A DNA stretch of 64,000 nt from Octopus vulgaris (lineage: Eukaryota): the NCBI GenBank assembly GCA_951406725.2, contig OX597819.1:48236001-48300000 (forward strand), given 5' to 3'. A program made the position numbers and the translations under genes. A model generated the notes under the pieces. The model was not told where the DNA came from and searched no databases. It saw only the letters and a program-made list of their open reading frames with translations. This document shows, piece after piece, positions 52,000-64,000 of the stretch. Within the stretch, counting starts at the first letter, position 1; each line of letters starts with the position of its first letter.

Positions 52000-52720
52000 G
52001 GCCTAAGCATTTGAGTGGGTGGACAGCAATGTGCTTTGATAGATTCAACATCTAACTTTTTCCCAGTTAGATCTGTAGTCTGCCAAGGTTGTGTCTTTGC
52101 TCCTACTCTGTTCAATGCCTGCTCAGGTAACTTGGCCAGATGGTTGCTTGGAGTTCTGGTGCACTTATTGGTGAAATTAAGATTACAGACCTAGATTTTG
52201 CTGATGATGCAGTTTTTTTTTGCTAAGTCTCTGGATGTCTTAAAGAGTGCTTTTGGCTTTAGAGTCTCTTAGGTTTAGACAAAGATCTAGTCCTTAGCTG
52301 GCTTCTTGAAGGACTCCACCTTGGCTGTCTCTGTTGTGAGAGAGAATGATGAAGTTGTTGATCATTTCACTTATCTCAGCAGTGAGATTCATGGTGGCAT
52401 TAGCTGCGAGTCTGAAGTCTTAAGACTTGGATTGGCTGCTGCAGTTGTGGGCTTATTAGACAAGGCTGTTTGGCACTGCCAAGTTTTGTGCAGGAAGACA
52501 AAAGTTTGGGTCTTTAGGTCTCTGGTTTTCCCTATCCTACTCTATAATTGTGAGACCTGGACACAGTCTGAGGCAGATGAGGAGGCATTCCATGGAGATG
52601 GGGACTGAGTTGGACTCTGCTCAATGGGTTGCCTGGGAGGACTCCGGAATATACCAACAAATGATAAATGCAGCAATGTGCTACAACAGTGCATGCCCCC
52701 ACACCTGATCTGATTATAAT
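52000..52720 (+). mobile_element. Degenerate RTE-clade reverse transcriptase fragment
   Basis: VCQGCVFAPTLFN, ITDLDFADDA, EVVDHFTYLSS, RKTKVWVFRSLVFPILLYNCETWT, with stops and frameshifts. Confidence 0.85.
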
Positions 52721-53588
52721 TGGCAAAGGGCAGTGGATTGGCAGAATCATTAGAACCTTAGAATAAATGCTTTGTGGTATTTGTTCCAGTGTTTTATATT
52801 CTGAGTTCAAATCCCACTGAGGTAAACTATGCCTTTCATAAGAGTCAATAAAGTAAAGTATCTCTCAAAGAATGGGACTGATGTAATCAAGAGGTACTCT
52901 TCCCCTTAATATTACTGGCCTCATGCCTAAATTAGAAAAAAATTATTAAGAAGGTGGGGGAGGGTTGTCAAGTCTTTGAATTTAGAAATTTGCTTTTGTC
53001 CCTTTCCAAATAAAAAGCTACATTCTAAATTACAGTTGCATTAGACAGAATTTATTCATTATAAAGCCATCATATCTAATTAACAGCGATGTTACAATAA
53101 ACAAAAAACTAGCATCCAACAACATGTTTTTAAAAGGTTAGATTAAATTTTTTTAATTTTAAAACTTGAATTTGTCAGGATAAGTAAAAATTCCTGAAAA
53201 GCATATATATCCAGCCATGGCCTATTTATCAGCCAACTTTCTATTATATTTAGTAATTTATCTATTTAAAATCACCCTCTGATTAACTCACCTACTTGGT
53301 TAGATAATTGACAATAGCATATGGCTAAGGTTTAAATTTAGCCCAAAAGAAGTGCAAATAAAACACAGAAAATTGGGATAAATCAACAAGAAAAAAAAGA
53401 TGCCATATCTAATGTGTAGAGAACACATATCATGATACAGCATTTCAGTAATTTCTTCAATTCCATAAGCAAGCAAAATTGATTAAGTCTCTTCAACAAT
53501 CTATGACTCACCTGAACCATATAAGCTATAGATGTTAAGACTAGTCACATGTTCTATTTAAAAACATGGTGAAACTGAATAACTATAT

Positions 53589-53633
<45 letters not shown>

Positions 53634-55671
53634 AACTACATCTATGGCACTTAAAATATTACAGATATGCTGTTTTTGTCATAAATTATAATCAACATAT
53701 CAAACCAGCAACTCCACACCCAACACTCCCAATATCCTTTATTAATATCACAACCGAGATGTGTTGGCCTAAAACAATATGGGAATGTCATATATTTAGA
53801 ATGCTGCTTCAACAGTTTCAAGTTTGGACGGAATCCAAAAGTAAGCTACCTACCATGTTGGTAACAATCTGCTTCCAACTGCCAATTAGCCATACTATCT
53901 AATGTAGAAAGACTAATAAATGAGTGAAGGCATCAGAGAAATTGTCATCTTATCTAAGATTAATTCTGCCAGCACTCCACATTTTCTGGGGGGTTTTTTT
54001 TTGTTTTTTTTTTAATAGAATATTCGAGCATGTTTCTCTGTTGGTACAAATTTACATAATTCAGTATCTGAATATGCCACTTGCTCTTCAGTTTACCAAT
54101 CTGCGAAAGTGTCGTGTGTTCGTCTGATAATTTCCTAGGTCTTTTTTACTGAATACCACCAAGGAACAACATTAACTGAACTAGGGGAATGAAGTGACAG
54201 TCAACATAGGCTAAGGCAACCTAGTTAAAAAAATAAAAAAAAAAACTGAGAAGAATTTCACAGACAATATATTGTTTAAATACCAGAAGATTTATGTGGG
54301 ACAAACAGAAATAATTTATAAATGAGTAATATAAACCAACAGTGAATAGTGATTAAGAATGTAAACTGTTAATGAATAAAGCCAATAAAAAAGTGTGTCA
54401 ACAAAGCCCTAGAATGGGGTATTTAGGTTAAACCTAAGAAAACTAGGATTAATCCAAGAAATGGCCAAATATAATGGCATCTGAAAAGATACTATTTTGC
54501 AAATCCATCATATCAATGGAAGGGCAGTTGCTGAAATGACAATCCTTTTGAGTCAACCAACAGAAGAAACAGTAATCAACAAATTCTTGTAATAACATAT
54601 CTGTGGAATTTCACTTTAGTTACTCATCCAAACAGTTATCCAAGTTTTTTCTTTTCTTTTCAATGATATAAGAGTAAAGAAAAACTCCCATCAATCATTT
54701 TCAAAGATGCTCAAATCATAACACCCTTACACTTGGTTTCTCTTCTGGTTTGTGTTTAGTGGAGCAAATAATTCTCCAGATGGACACAATTTCCAATGAT
54801 GACTAACTCCTGTAACCAGTTATATTTTGAATTTAAAAATATATCACTGGTTGTTTTACAGGCAAATATTTCAATGAAAATTTTTTTAAATTTGATTTTC
54901 TTTTCATAACTGCAAATTTAATATAAGAAAAAAACAATTAAATTTCAGACTCATTCAAATAGTTTTCCAACCTTTCTGCAACCCTCATTCATAATTTCCA
55001 AGTTAAGTGACCTAAAATGCTGTCCTTTATTCATCCACTAAATATAAATCAATTTAAAGGGATTCATTCATGAGGCCTTTTCTATATGCATATAACAATG
55101 ATGATAATAAAAAAAAAAATCATTCTTTCAAATCACAAAATTATACTGTTGTATATAGATAAGCAGTGATATCCTCTATTAAGCACAATGCTATGCAGTA
55201 TCTGCATTAACAAACTTTATAGTGATTTTTACTCTATCTTATAGTCTTTTTTTTCTTTTTGTTTACTATATCTTTTCTCTTAACTATATCCTCTATTCCA
55301 TTGAAAAAAAAAACTATAAAATCGAGACTGCATTCAGATTAGAATGATTCTGTTCACTTTACATATTTTGTAATCTATAACTGGATAAAAAGACTGACAT
55401 ACTCTTAGAAAATAAAAGAATTCCCAGTTTTAGACAGTAATCATACAAAATATATAACATGAAAATTAATCTAGACGAGAATTTCCCAGTTTTGGGAATT
55501 AATCACACAAAAATAAATATGCAAATTAATCCAAATAAAACGAAAAGTTAATGCTTCTTCATTTGCTAATGTTCTATGTAACATTGGCTTGAAGAACTTA
55601 AACATTCATCATTATCAATGGCCTTCATTTTTCTTTAATTTTCCTGTATATCTTTCACGTAGGTGAAAAGT

Positions 55672-56051
55672 AGGCACAGGCGTGGCTGTGTGGTATGAAG
55701 CTTGCTTCCCAACCACATGGTTCCGGGTTCAGTCCCACTGCATGGCACCTTGGGCAAGTGTCTTCTACTATAACCTCTAGCCAACCAAAGCCTTGTGAAT
55801 TAATTTGGTAGATGGAAACTGAAAGAAGCCCGCCGTGTATATATATATATGTTTGTGTGTGTGTTTGTCCCCCCACCATCGCTTGACAACCAATGTTAGT
55901 GTGTTTATGTCCCCCGTAACATAGCAGCTCAGCAATAGAGACCAATAAAATAAGTACTAGGCTTACAAAGCATAAGTCCTGGGGTTGACTCATTCAACTA
56001 AAGGCAGTGCTCCAGCATGGCTACAGTCAAATGACAAACTAGTAAAAGAAT
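55672..56051 (+). mobile_element. tRNA/CORE SINE family A
   Basis: Full-length homologue. Confidence 0.9.
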
Positions 56052-57332
56052 TAGGCGGCAATACAATGCCCACTTCTTTTTACATTGCCCGAGACTTATA
56101 GAGGTGGTGGTGGGTTATCCTCAAGATAAAAACCTAGTTCGATGGCTTGCAACAAAATAGGCTCCAGTAAAGGTACCGAAAGTGCCAGATGGTGGCCTTA
56201 AACTGGGTGATGGACTAAGTGTACTACCCAGTAAGTCATGGGGGGAAATGAACTCAGAATGCTAAGAGCTAGAACAAATACAACAAGACACCATGTCTAA
56301 CACAGCTACAGTTCTGTCAAGCCACTGTTCTGGACTGATACTATTTTTTATTGAGCTGTAAAGAATGAAAGGCAAATCTGACCTCAGAGCAGAGAGTGTA
56401 AACAAATACCAGAAGACTTTCTATCTGACCCTCTAATGACTACCAATTTGCCAGCATGCAAACATGTTTATAAAAGGCCTGCAAAATGACATCCTACTTT
56501 CTTACATTAACATTATATAAGAGTTTTCAGCTTGGAGTTTTACAATTTGTTCTCATTATGATCCACTGTTGGGACAAACATGGACAAGTGTGTTTATGAT
56601 GTAACTAACAATGATTTAAGTCCTCTCCTAGACTTGTGACCTTCACAACTACATATCAATTTGAGGTGTCATGGACAAAATGTGTCAAGTTTATAGTACA
56701 TGCCAGCTGGATAGTCTTTCACTGATATAACCAACATTTAAGCATCACAGTGGAATCTATCTCTCCAAACAAATTAGTAAACACTGAGATCTGACATGCA
56801 AACAACTACGATTTTTTGCCACTCTGAATTTTAACATTAAAACCATTATGGTCATATATTTTATCAAATGAATATCTAATTAAAATTTTCAAAGTTATAT
56901 AGATAAATCAAAGCCAAAAATATTTCTACAAAATCTATAACAGTTTAGTTCAAAAGTTACGCAATATAATGAGCTTAAAAACTTCCCACCTCTATTTTTT
57001 TCTTAATTCTTCAATCAATAGAAAAAATTAAAACCTTGTTTGAACAGACATTATTTCAATAATAGTCTCAAAACTCTTCATGTCTGAGTACTCTACTTTC
57101 CCACATCGGAATAGTGGAATCTGTTCTTTAGTATTTAACCCAGCATAATAGTCAACTAATATGCAGTTAATTTTCAACCCCTTTTAGTTGGTCATCCTAC
57201 ACCAATCCAAAAAAGATCTTACATGCATTTGTCTTGAGTAATTTCAAACTCAGAATTACCAAAATCTCCATAACATATAGGAATTACATTATTTACATTC
57301 AACGGATATTTGTCCTCATCTTGTTTGTTGTT

Positions 57333-57378
57333 AACACAATGTTTTGGCTGATATACCCTCCAGCCTTCTTCAGGTGTC
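57333..57378 (-). ncRNA. Degenerate hammerhead motif (G12->A)
   Basis: Minus strand: GACAC CTGAAGA A GGCTG GAGGGTATAT CAGCC AAAA CA TT GTGTT. Confidence 0.55.
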
Positions 57379-57704
57379 TTGGGCAAATTTCGAACCTGTG
57401 TTCTCATTCCTAAGGTATTTTTCAATGTTATTATTATTATTAATGTTATTGTTCAGGTAACTGCTTGGAATCGAACTCGGAATCTTGGGATTAGTAGCTC
57501 GTGCTCTTAACCGCTACGCCATATGCCCCTGGGCATATGGCGTAGCGGTTAAGAGCATGGACTGGGCATATGGCGTAGTGGTTAAGAGCGCGAGCTACTA
57601 ACCCCCAAATTCCGAGTTCGATTCCAAACAGTGACCTGAATAATAACAATAATAATATCAAAAAATACCTTAGGAATGAGAACCCAGGTTTGAAATTCCC
57701 CCAA

Positions 57705-57750
57705 GATACTTGAAGAAGACTGATGGGTGTATCAGCCGAAATGTTGTGTT
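57705..57750 (+). ncRNA. Degenerate hammerhead motif (C3->T)
   Basis: GATAC TTGAAGA A GACTGAT GGGTGT ATCAGCC GAAA TG TT GTGTT. Confidence 0.55.
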
Positions 57751-58988
57751 AACAAACAAGATGAGGACAAATATCCATCGAATGTAAATAATGTACATAA
57801 TTCCTCATCTCTTAAATATAGAGCTGAATATAGGAATTAGCTTTCAATATTGAAGACCAAGTAAATAAAGACACAGTCAGCCAAGTTGGATACACAAATT
57901 CTGTGTCTGATTTTCCTCTCTTTGTACCTGAATTCAAAAGGATTGTGGTCTACAACTATTTTAGATAATTTCTCCAAAATTTGAACACAGTTTCAAATGG
58001 AAAATGTTCAACATTTCTGAATGATAAGATACAAAATTATGATAATATTGACAGTTTTCCTTCCTAGGAAATCCTATATTCAGGTATATAAGCTCATAAT
58101 TCTTTATAAATTCAACACCCTTTTTCCTCAGGGTTAAGACTAAATGATCTTTAAAAGAAATAATCACACAGAGAATATTTTGTGTGCTAAACAAATATTT
58201 TCATCAAAAGACAAAATATGGCTTCATCTCTTAACTCATTAAAATATTCTGTCTCTTCTCTCAGATCTATAAAAATCTATTTTCTCCAATCTGGCAATTC
58301 CTGCTAGGCTTTTAATCGGCATATGGAAAAATAGTTGCAACTATGAACCATTAACATCAACAGCTTTTTATCAGATCCACTGTTACACTGCCACTGAAGC
58401 ATCATTGCTTTCTGTTCGTGCATCAAAGCAAATACATTTTTTTTTGTTTTATTGCATATATTTATTGGACAAAATAGTGATAAGTTCCATTTGCTTTTGG
58501 CAATGAACTTTAATTGCAACATTGATGATGATGATGATGATGATGATAATGATTTCAAATTTTGGCACAAGAACAGGATTTTTATGGAAAAGGAATTGAT
58601 CAATGCCACTAACCCAGCACTTGACTGGTAATTTGTCATTGGTACCAGAGAGATGAAAGGCAATAGCAACCGCAGCAAGATTTGAACTTAGAATATAAAG
58701 GACCAGAAGAAATACCAAAAGGCAAAGCATTTTGTCCAATGCTCTAATGATGTTACTAATCCCATTGCCTTAATAATAAGCAGATGATGCAGCAGCTAAC
58801 AAATATACATACATACATACATACATATATATATATCGAATGCTTGAAATGAGGAGTAGATAGACAGCCAACAACTGACGAAGGGTCCTTTCTCTGTGTT
58901 TACTTGTCTTATTTTCCATTTTTTCTTATTGTTTACATATTTCATGTTATTTGCACTGTTGGTTATTATGTCCTGTATCCACATATGC

Positions 58989-59033
<45 letters not shown>

Positions 59034-62000
59034 CATTTTTAGACTCATTTATTAGGGTGGGAAGCTATCTAACTTTGCTAATTAATAAGTCAATAATCTC
59101 TACTATTAATGGAGATTTTCCAAACAACTGCACAATAATTCTTGGCTTATAGATTCAGGCTCTTTTCAATACTATTCAATTTAGTGTCATGGCAAGTGAA
59201 TAGGATATAAATTATATATTAGATGAGTTTTATATAAGTTATATTCTGAAATGAAACTTACAATCAAACCATTGGCGTCTGTTTGGTTATTTACTGCTTT
59301 TGGGAGGGTTTTTTTTTGTTGTTCTTTTCATACATCATGCTGTTATATATTCAGCAACTGTAAACTTGCATTGTGGAAGCAATATCTATTTTTTATCATG
59401 TAATTCTTGATATACACAAGGACCTGTCATTGGACAGTTTATATATAATTAAAATATAAATGGCAACTTAGTTACAGCACAACTGATATGTCTTTACAGC
59501 TAAGATTTCAATTAGTATCCATTTTATTTTTCTACTTCCCATATTTGCAGAGAGAGGTATTAACTTTTGTCAGTAGATAGAAGTGAGTGAGGTGTAATTC
59601 GTTAGTTATAGTTGTGATATAAGTGCATGGGAATAATAGAGATCAATGTATCAGGACTAAGTGTCAGGCAACCAAGAAAAGTAGGTCAACAGTAAAGAGA
59701 AGTTGAAGGAAAAGCTATTGATGATGCTGGTATAGTCTTTGTTTGGTTCTTTTCATTCCACTCTCATCAATCTTGAATGTCCTAGATGACCCTACTGATG
59801 AGGTTTATATATATTTAGTTATTTATTGTGGGCATGTGAAAACTTAACTGTTACGCACCTGAGAAATCTTTTTTTTGCTGACAGCATATGGATGCTTACC
59901 CTTTACATCTGATACAAATATGCAAAAATTGGGTATAATTGAAATATCATCTGGATGTAGTGGTGGTGATGGTGTTCAGTTTCACACCTGTACTGATCAA
60001 GCAGCCTTACGATCAAAGGCAACACAATCATAACCACCGTCTTTGTTTTTTTTTTTTGTTTTTTTTATCTAAGACTACAATTCTTCCTATTTTTGAAATG
60101 GTAGCATATGATATTCAGGAATCTGGCAGCTATTTCTAGCAAGGTAAGCAACTATGTAGAGGCTCCCTCACTGGTTCATTTGGATGTGGTGTTGTTTGCA
60201 ATGTTAAGTAAACAATACCGACTGCTTTGGATATACTTAAATGTACATACTTCATTATGCCCACTCTATTAGGTGTATTTATATACCTAATGCGTATATA
60301 AATATACCCATTAGTATATAAAGAAGTCAAAGTACATGTGTGCAAAGCTTAGTCCTAAAATTACTACTTCATCTTTTAAGTATACTGTTTTAATTATTTC
60401 TCCTCTTTTGTCTCTGTTCAGAACACACATATACAATATGCCAATACATCTTTTTTATTATTAAACAAAATGAATAACACCTAAATTTTACATTAAAACT
60501 CGATTTGCAATGAGAAAAAGAAAACCTCATAATTTTAACAGCCACTTTTTTTTTAACATTGAAAAGAAATCTTGTAACCCATTTATTCAGATGCCAAACA
60601 AAAATCTTTATTACAATAAAAACTAATTTCAAATTTACTCATGTATAGCTCTTCCTCATTATCACCATTTTAATGTCCATTTTTCCCCCAACTCTGTTGG
60701 CATACATTACACAAGCCAGCCTTGTATATTACACAACATCTCAATATTTTGTTGTCAGTAACAAGGTCCAATATTCTAAGGTCTGACTGGCAATTTAGAT
60801 TTATATGAGAACACTTATTTGTTCTTAATATCAATAAAAACTAAATTAATGAACAACCTCATAGTTGAGCGTCAAAGGGAGAGAGTTCAAACACACCAAC
60901 CATTCTTCACCGCATACTTGAGGTCTCATACAGCAGCCTTATACTCCGCCAAGGTCCACTCTACTCTGTCCTTAATATTACCATCTTATATGAGTGTGTA
61001 TGCAAGTTTGTATGTGTGAATGTTTACATGAAAGTAAAATGTTGAGCTAGAAAAAAAAAAAGCAATAAAGTTTGATGACATTTCCTGCTATCACAAGGGT
61101 CAGCGACTGGGAGGGTACCTGCCTTTAAAAACAATGCCTCAGTAATAAGCCATGCTAGCTTAGACAAAAAAGAAAACGCATAAAATGAGCAAATAGGAAG
61201 CATTGCTTCCTCCTCCTCCTCCACACACATACAAACACCTCAATGTTTTTCAGTTCAGTTACAAACAAGAACTTATGGCAGACTGAATGTGTAAAGCATT
61301 TTCAGTTTTTAGCTTAAACCAACCACTTAGTTAATACACACGAAGTAGGCATATATGAAGCAACTTCCCATTACCACCACCTCTCAAACACCGAAGCTTC
61401 AAGCTTACATGCCTATGTAAGAAATCTCTCTTTTGTTTAATATAAGTTTACAAGCTCTTTGCCAGTCATTCTTTTGCAATGATTACACCATGTTAACCAG
61501 TCTACCTATTTTAAAATAAAGTAGACATTAATATAACTTTAGCCTAAGCATCACGGTATCATTTTCATATCTGTACAGCACGTTCATAAGTCACCCATCC
61601 TCTCTAAGTTACGTTTTACAACTCTGCTGTTGGAGATAAAGATCTCTACCAAGCAATCACCAAAAAACGTCAGCAGTTCATCGACGCAGATCAACTCAGC
61701 TCTAAGTAAAACTATTCAACAATAATCCATACATCAGTAGGTAATTACTGAACAGTAGCCAGACAATCTTTTATTCTAAGTTAATCCCATTGTCAAATGG
61801 ACACAAATTATAAGCTCAATCAACCCCAATACATGAGTGAATTTTATTGACTCTGGAAGAATGCGACAAGTTAAGCAAAGAAGGATTTGAACTCTCATGG
61901 TAAAATTGACATAAATACTGCACGATATTTTGTTCGACATTGTTTTGTTATTCCAACACTCCAAAAGTAGCCAATTTCATATTCATTTTATTAGTGTATC

Positions 62001-62857
62001 TTATATTAACCAATATTTTTAATAACTGATTCTAGAGTAATTTGGAGATCTAACTGAAAGACACATTGAAAATAGCCAATATTATTTAGTGACAATGGAT
62101 TAGTTGTTAACATTTAACACCGTAAGTAACACACCTGTAATACAGGTTCATGTTTATCTAGTGTAAAGTATTAACAAGGTACTGTAATTTACCACGATGG
62201 AAAAAAAATATATGTAAATAAGACAACAAACAAGCCATAAAGGCATGTTTATCTCAGTTGCTTAAATCTCTGGAAAGTAAAGATAGAACAAACTTTTTAG
62301 ATGAGAGACAAGAGACATAGAATTTAACTAGTTATCAAAAAAAAACCAAAAAACATAGTGAATTACAAAACGAGTCTTCAAGTAAAAGAGAAAGCTCTGA
62401 ATTCTTAAAAAACTTAACTCAAACAGCACCAATGATATTAATATAGACTAATTTCATCTTTGATACATTAGTCACACAATATTAGAAACAAGATTACTAC
62501 CCAACTTAGAAACAGAAATTAACAAAATGAATTTCTGAAATGTTAAGTGGTAACTAATCTCTTTCACAGATATTAATACCAGAATTTTTCTACTACTTTA
62601 TACTTCATTTCAAAATCAGAATTTAATACGTCTAAACATTAAAATACAAAACACCACTAATTCCTTAATGTAAGCAAGCTTTTCTCTTTTTTTAAAAAAA
62701 AAAAAAAAAAAAAAGGCTTTCATCCATAAAACATTATCTTATCAATAAGTTCAAATCAACAGCGAGGTCAGCTTTATAGCATTTCAGTCTTGTAACAACT
62801 ACAGAAGTTAAGCTGGGTAGATAACAATATTACTTTTTTAACAAGCATACACAACGA

Positions 62858-63237
62858 TAGGTGTAGGAATGGCTGTGTTGTAAGTAGATTGCTTACGAAC
62901 CACAGGGTTCCAGGTTCAGTCCCACTGTGTGGCACCTTGGGCAAGTGTCTTCTACTATAGCCTCGGATCGACCAAAGCTTTGTGAGTGGATTTGGTAGAC
63001 GGAAACTGAAAGAAGCCCATTGTATATGTATATGTGTATGTGTGTGTTTGTCCACCCAACATCGCTTGACAACCGATGCTGGTGTGTTTACATCCCCGTA
63101 ACTAAGCGGTTCGGCAAAAGAGACCGATAGAATAAGTACTAGGCTTACAAAGAATAAGTCCTGGGGTCAATTTGCTCGACTAAAGACAGTGCTTCAGCAT
63201 GGCCACAGTCAAATGACTGAAACAAGTAAAAGAGTAA
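62858..63237 (+). mobile_element. tRNA/CORE SINE family A
   Basis: Full-length homologue of 34970-35365. Confidence 0.9.
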
Positions 63238-63732
63238 TGTTTCACAAATGAAATTATTCATCACTGGATGAATTAGCTACTGAGTGGACTCAGCATACAA
63301 TTATTATTAAAATAAAAATCCCTCACTGTATGATTTTAGCACAAATGTGTGAGGATCTAACTGTAATTTTGTCATTTCCCCTTGGGATTAAACAGGGTCT
63401 ATAATGAAAAGTGTTCCAGCAATGTATATCTAGAATAACACTGTCTTATACATTCTTCCTTTTTGAAGATGGGTGTGATTTGAGAGAGAATTGGGAGCTA
63501 TTGCTGAGTAACCACACAGAAGTTCCATAGTATACACTGCAGTTCTCTATTATCTATGACGTCACCATAACACTAGAGATATTATTTTATCCTTGTTCTA
63601 TGAAAGCAAGAATCAGGATCCTTTTTTTTTTTTTAAGTAACTGATTTTATATTAAATATTCTTGCTATTGATCAGAGGGAATTGTAAAGAAAGGACTAGA
63701 GTATGGCTTTATGATATTTAATAAACTGAATT

Positions 63733-63884
63733 ACTACACTCACGGAGTGGTTGGCGTTAGGAAGGGCATCCAGCTGTAGAAACACTGCCAGATCAGACTG
63801 GGCCTGGTGCAGCCTTCTGGCTTCCCAGACCCCAGTTGAACCGTCCAACCCATGTCAGCATGGAAAGCGGACGTTAAATGATGA
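63733..63884 (+). mobile_element. Short young RTE 3' tip
   Basis: ACTACACTCACGGAGTGGTTGGCGTTAGGAAGGGCATCC...GATGATG; 6-bp TSD TGAATT (63727-63732, 63885-63890). Confidence 0.85.
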
Positions 63885-64000
63885 TGAATTCAACCCCTAT
63901 CATGGATGATGTTACCTTTCATATCCAGGGAAAAGAATTTTTTAAAATACTATAAGGCCTCTGTTTAACAGGATTGGCCATGTGTCTGGACCTGTATGTA

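Larger units (their letters stand above)
57287..57827. mobile_element. Head-to-head inverted pair of tRNA-headed SINE-like units, each with a hammerhead-ribozyme motif (Penelope-type tail)
   Basis: Arms 57287-57528 (-) and 57564-57795 (+) are reverse complements. A-box TGGCGTAGTGG, B-box GAGTTCGATTCC. 12-bp TSD ATATAGGAATTA at 57275-57286 and 57828-57839. The right arm has a ~31-nt extra tail. Confidence 0.88.

Noticed and set aside
57564-57637. Possible tRNA gene (anticodon ACT)
   Set aside because: Acceptor and T stems pair poorly, and it is embedded in a TSD-flanked repeat; treated as a SINE head.
61578-61745. Short plus-strand reading frame SAVGDKDLYQAITKKRQQFIDADQ
   Set aside because: Terminates quickly, lacks coherent splice sites and shows no known motif.

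Overview
AT-rich, microsatellite- and retroposon-dense metazoan DNA whose repeat families look like those of Octopus (recognised from memory, not by search). The only host coding sequence I can support is a 95-bp minus-strand exon (10333-10427) encoding the second half of the LIM domain of a LASP1/Lasp orthologue. I did not find exon 1 or exon 3, so most or all of the window is probably intron. The rest is tRNA/CORE SINEs, RTE LINE 3' ends, CR1 and RTE reverse-transcriptase fragments, a dead Tc1 carrying nested insertions, TTAA (piggyBac-type) and hAT-type MITEs, and a non-autonomous Helitron. The most unusual item is a tRNA-headed short element that carries a minimal hammerhead ribozyme and inserts as an asymmetric inverted repeat with 12-bp target-site duplications (TSDs), at 57287-57827 and 24258-24397. 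This architecture suggests a Pol III SINE mobilised by Penelope-like machinery. Repeat boundaries are read by eye and are approximate unless a TSD is quoted.
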